In this document: positions 62,046-64,000 of the stretch, piece by piece
How positions within the stretch are numbered: position 1 is the first letter of the stretch
Layout of the letters: each line of letters starts with the position of its first letter
Source: Anthoceros angustus
Lineage: Eukaryota; Plantae; Anthocerotophyta
NCBI GenBank assembly: GCA_010909165.1
Contig: MU008217.1
Coordinates: 180,979-244,978, forward strand
Length of the DNA: 64,000 nt
Reading direction: 5' to 3'
Translations under genes and position numbers: made by a program
The notes under the pieces: model-generated
Told to the model about the DNA's origin: nothing
Database searches by the model: none
Seen by the model: only the letters and a program-made list of their open reading frames with translations

Positions 62046-64000
62046 TTATTTCTTGAACTCGTCGGCGGCCGCTCCAACGTTCACTCGTTGTGACATATAC
62101 ATTGAGCATCGTGCGTCTTTGTCAATGGCCACAACGTTCCTTTTCCGTTGTATCCGGCCACCAAAATGATCCCGATCGCACGTCAACAATCCGATCGTCT
62201 TCGTTGGAGAACATGTTCACCAACATGCCTAATAAGCCCAGGTTTACGATATGGCGTCGACCATCTTATCACCGATGTGGTAAATCGACTTCTTCACCAC
62301 GGTCCATGTCGGATAACTCTTGGCGGCTGTTTGATGTCTTTGCGGAAAAGAGGAGCTTTTCCGACATTGGACTCTCCTCACTGCGCTTCCAACATCAAAT
62401 ATTCCACTTTCCACTGCACCGCTTAGGTGGGATGTTGGTTTTCTCCCATACCGAGTGCGAATGACTCCTTTCACGCAGACCTCAAAGCCTCCACGGCTTG
62501 AATCACCCCATCCACCCCATGCATAAGAATTATCCGGAACACATCGCTCGTGGTCTTCTCGTTGAAAGAGGCGATGATCTCTTTCAATTCTTCTTCAACG
62601 AAAGCCTTGTCATTCTCATGCGTGTAAACCTCGAGGAGGTCGAGAAGAAGAGTATACCTCCTCGGTGGCAAAAATCCTTTCCTTTCATATCCAAAATGTC
62701 TCGATGCACCACGATATGCCACTTTGTCCGAAGACCGGGCACTCTGGCCTGCCACCATCCATGTCCTTGTCGGCCATTTGTTTTCGCTCTTCTTCCATCC
62801 GTTTCGATTCTTGCGCTATAAACAAAATCTTGGAAAGGTTTTGGCGAGCTTTCAAATCCTCAATGTCTCCCGGTTTACGCAAGCAGCAGCGGTGGTCGAC
62901 AGAACTCATTGGCGAGTGCGCGGTCAGCGGCGCGCTTGGCGTCGGCGCCTCCTGTGAACCGGCGCGGCAAATGTCGCCGGTCGGCCAGCGCACTCCGCGT
63001 CGCCGTCAGCGCACGTCGCCGGTCGGCGGCGCAGAGTGCGCCCTCGGCGGCGCCTGCGTGCGCCCGGCCGAGCGCGTTGCGCCTGGGTAACAAACAACAG
63101 TCGCGGTCGGCGCACTACCTAATCGCCGGTGACCGGCGCACTCTACGAATACACTCACTTACCACTTTCGCAAAATTGTTTGAAACTTCGCCAATTCCTT
63201 GGCCTTGTAGAAGCTGTTTGGCGACTTGAGGTCGCACACTTCATAGCCTTCGAAGGCATGCTCGATAAGGTTAATCTTCTTCCTGTTGCCAACATCGTAT
63301 CCATATCTTTTAGCTGCGGTTTCCTTGGATGACCTTACGGGTCACGCTATCAACATCTCTTCACCTTCTCGTCCTTGGGACTCCTTGGAATGCTCTCCAT
63401 GCCCTTAGAGCATTGGAGCGGACGAGTCGATTAGGGGCCCCGGTGCTGTTGTAGTTGGGTCTTGTGGCTTCCGTTTGCTTTCGCTCGCCGTCGTCCCACA
63501 TGTCTGTTCACACTGCTCTGGAGTTCGCACTTCTCCACATCCGGAAAATGGTGTCCACGTTCTCCCACAATTTACCCGCACCTCGCAATCCTCAGCGAGT
63601 CTTCACATCCACCATCTTACATAATCGGTGTCCTTGGTTTCCAGCCTCCTCCGGCATCCAACTTGTACACATTGAACTTCCTTTGCATCGGTTTTCCATC
63701 GGGTGTCCGGTGCCAAATCTCAAGCTCATCATGTATGTAGCGTACTTGTTCAATAAAACCAAGCTTCTTCCTCTTGCGCATACACATTGTGATCAAGCTG
63801 CCGGCACCGCATTTCTTCCTCTGTCAAGCTGCATATACATGGCCCTCAAGCCATTGAAATTTATCTTCCGCGGATACATTTGAGACGATGCATGGCGGCA
63901 TAGCAATAGTTCCCTCGGCACCCCTAGGGTGTAATCTTTGAGCTCGATCTCCTCGTGCATCTTCTTTCTTCAAGCAACCTTTGTCTTTGGATCAATCATG
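62046..64000 (-). CDS. Intron-containing gene (5' end outside the window) with a C-terminal beta-class amino DNA methyltransferase (N6_N4_Mtase-like); frameshifted in this assembly
   Basis: Joined across indels, in beta order: RYTLLL-DPP-G (motif IV, ~62641-62627, reconstructed); VWEKTN...VEYLML; PYRKP.LLGMLVNMFSNEDDRIVD..SGS.FLVAG...RNVVAIDKD (motifs X, I, II; ~62253-62115). GTAAGT...TTACCCAG intron at 63162-63083. Confidence 0.75.

Noticed and set aside
62046-64000. Bacterial contamination as the source of the amino-methyltransferase
   Set aside because: It has a canonical spliceosomal intron of host-like size and is contiguous with plant-type promoter and LTR-element sequence; read-level confirmation is still advisable.

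Overview
Eukaryotic nuclear DNA from a seed-free land plant. Short GT-AG introns (mostly 60-130 nt), high gene density and a DYW:KP-type PPR point to a hornwort, or else a fern or lycophyte; this is an inference. 1-11.6 kb is microsatellite- and TE-rich intergenic DNA with a CACTA transposase remnant. 12-32 kb is a compact gene block: an ISS1/VAS1-like aminotransferase, a pGlcT/SGB1-like sugar transporter, an F-box-associated-domain ORF, a plastid PGDH, a disrupted PLS-PPR with a GRP-type DYW:KP domain, and a PRH/HAT3.1-like PHD-homeodomain gene. 32.8-64 kb is a transposon nest in indel-rich, apparently poorly polished sequence, so frames had to be joined by hand. The nest holds three notable things. 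(i) A minus-strand Ty3/gypsy carries a C5 cytosine methyltransferase between protease and RT, plus a PHD remnant. (ii) An 18-kb Athila-like gypsy has about 4-kb LTRs whose U3 contains a long coiled-coil ORF, and its 3' LTR is split by a solo LTR of the same family. (iii) An intron-containing, bacterial-type beta-class N4-C/N6-A DNA methyltransferase gene lies in the sequence into which the LTR elements inserted. The top lead is this pair of unrelated TE-associated DNA methyltransferases. All domain calls come from manual motif recognition; no searches were run.
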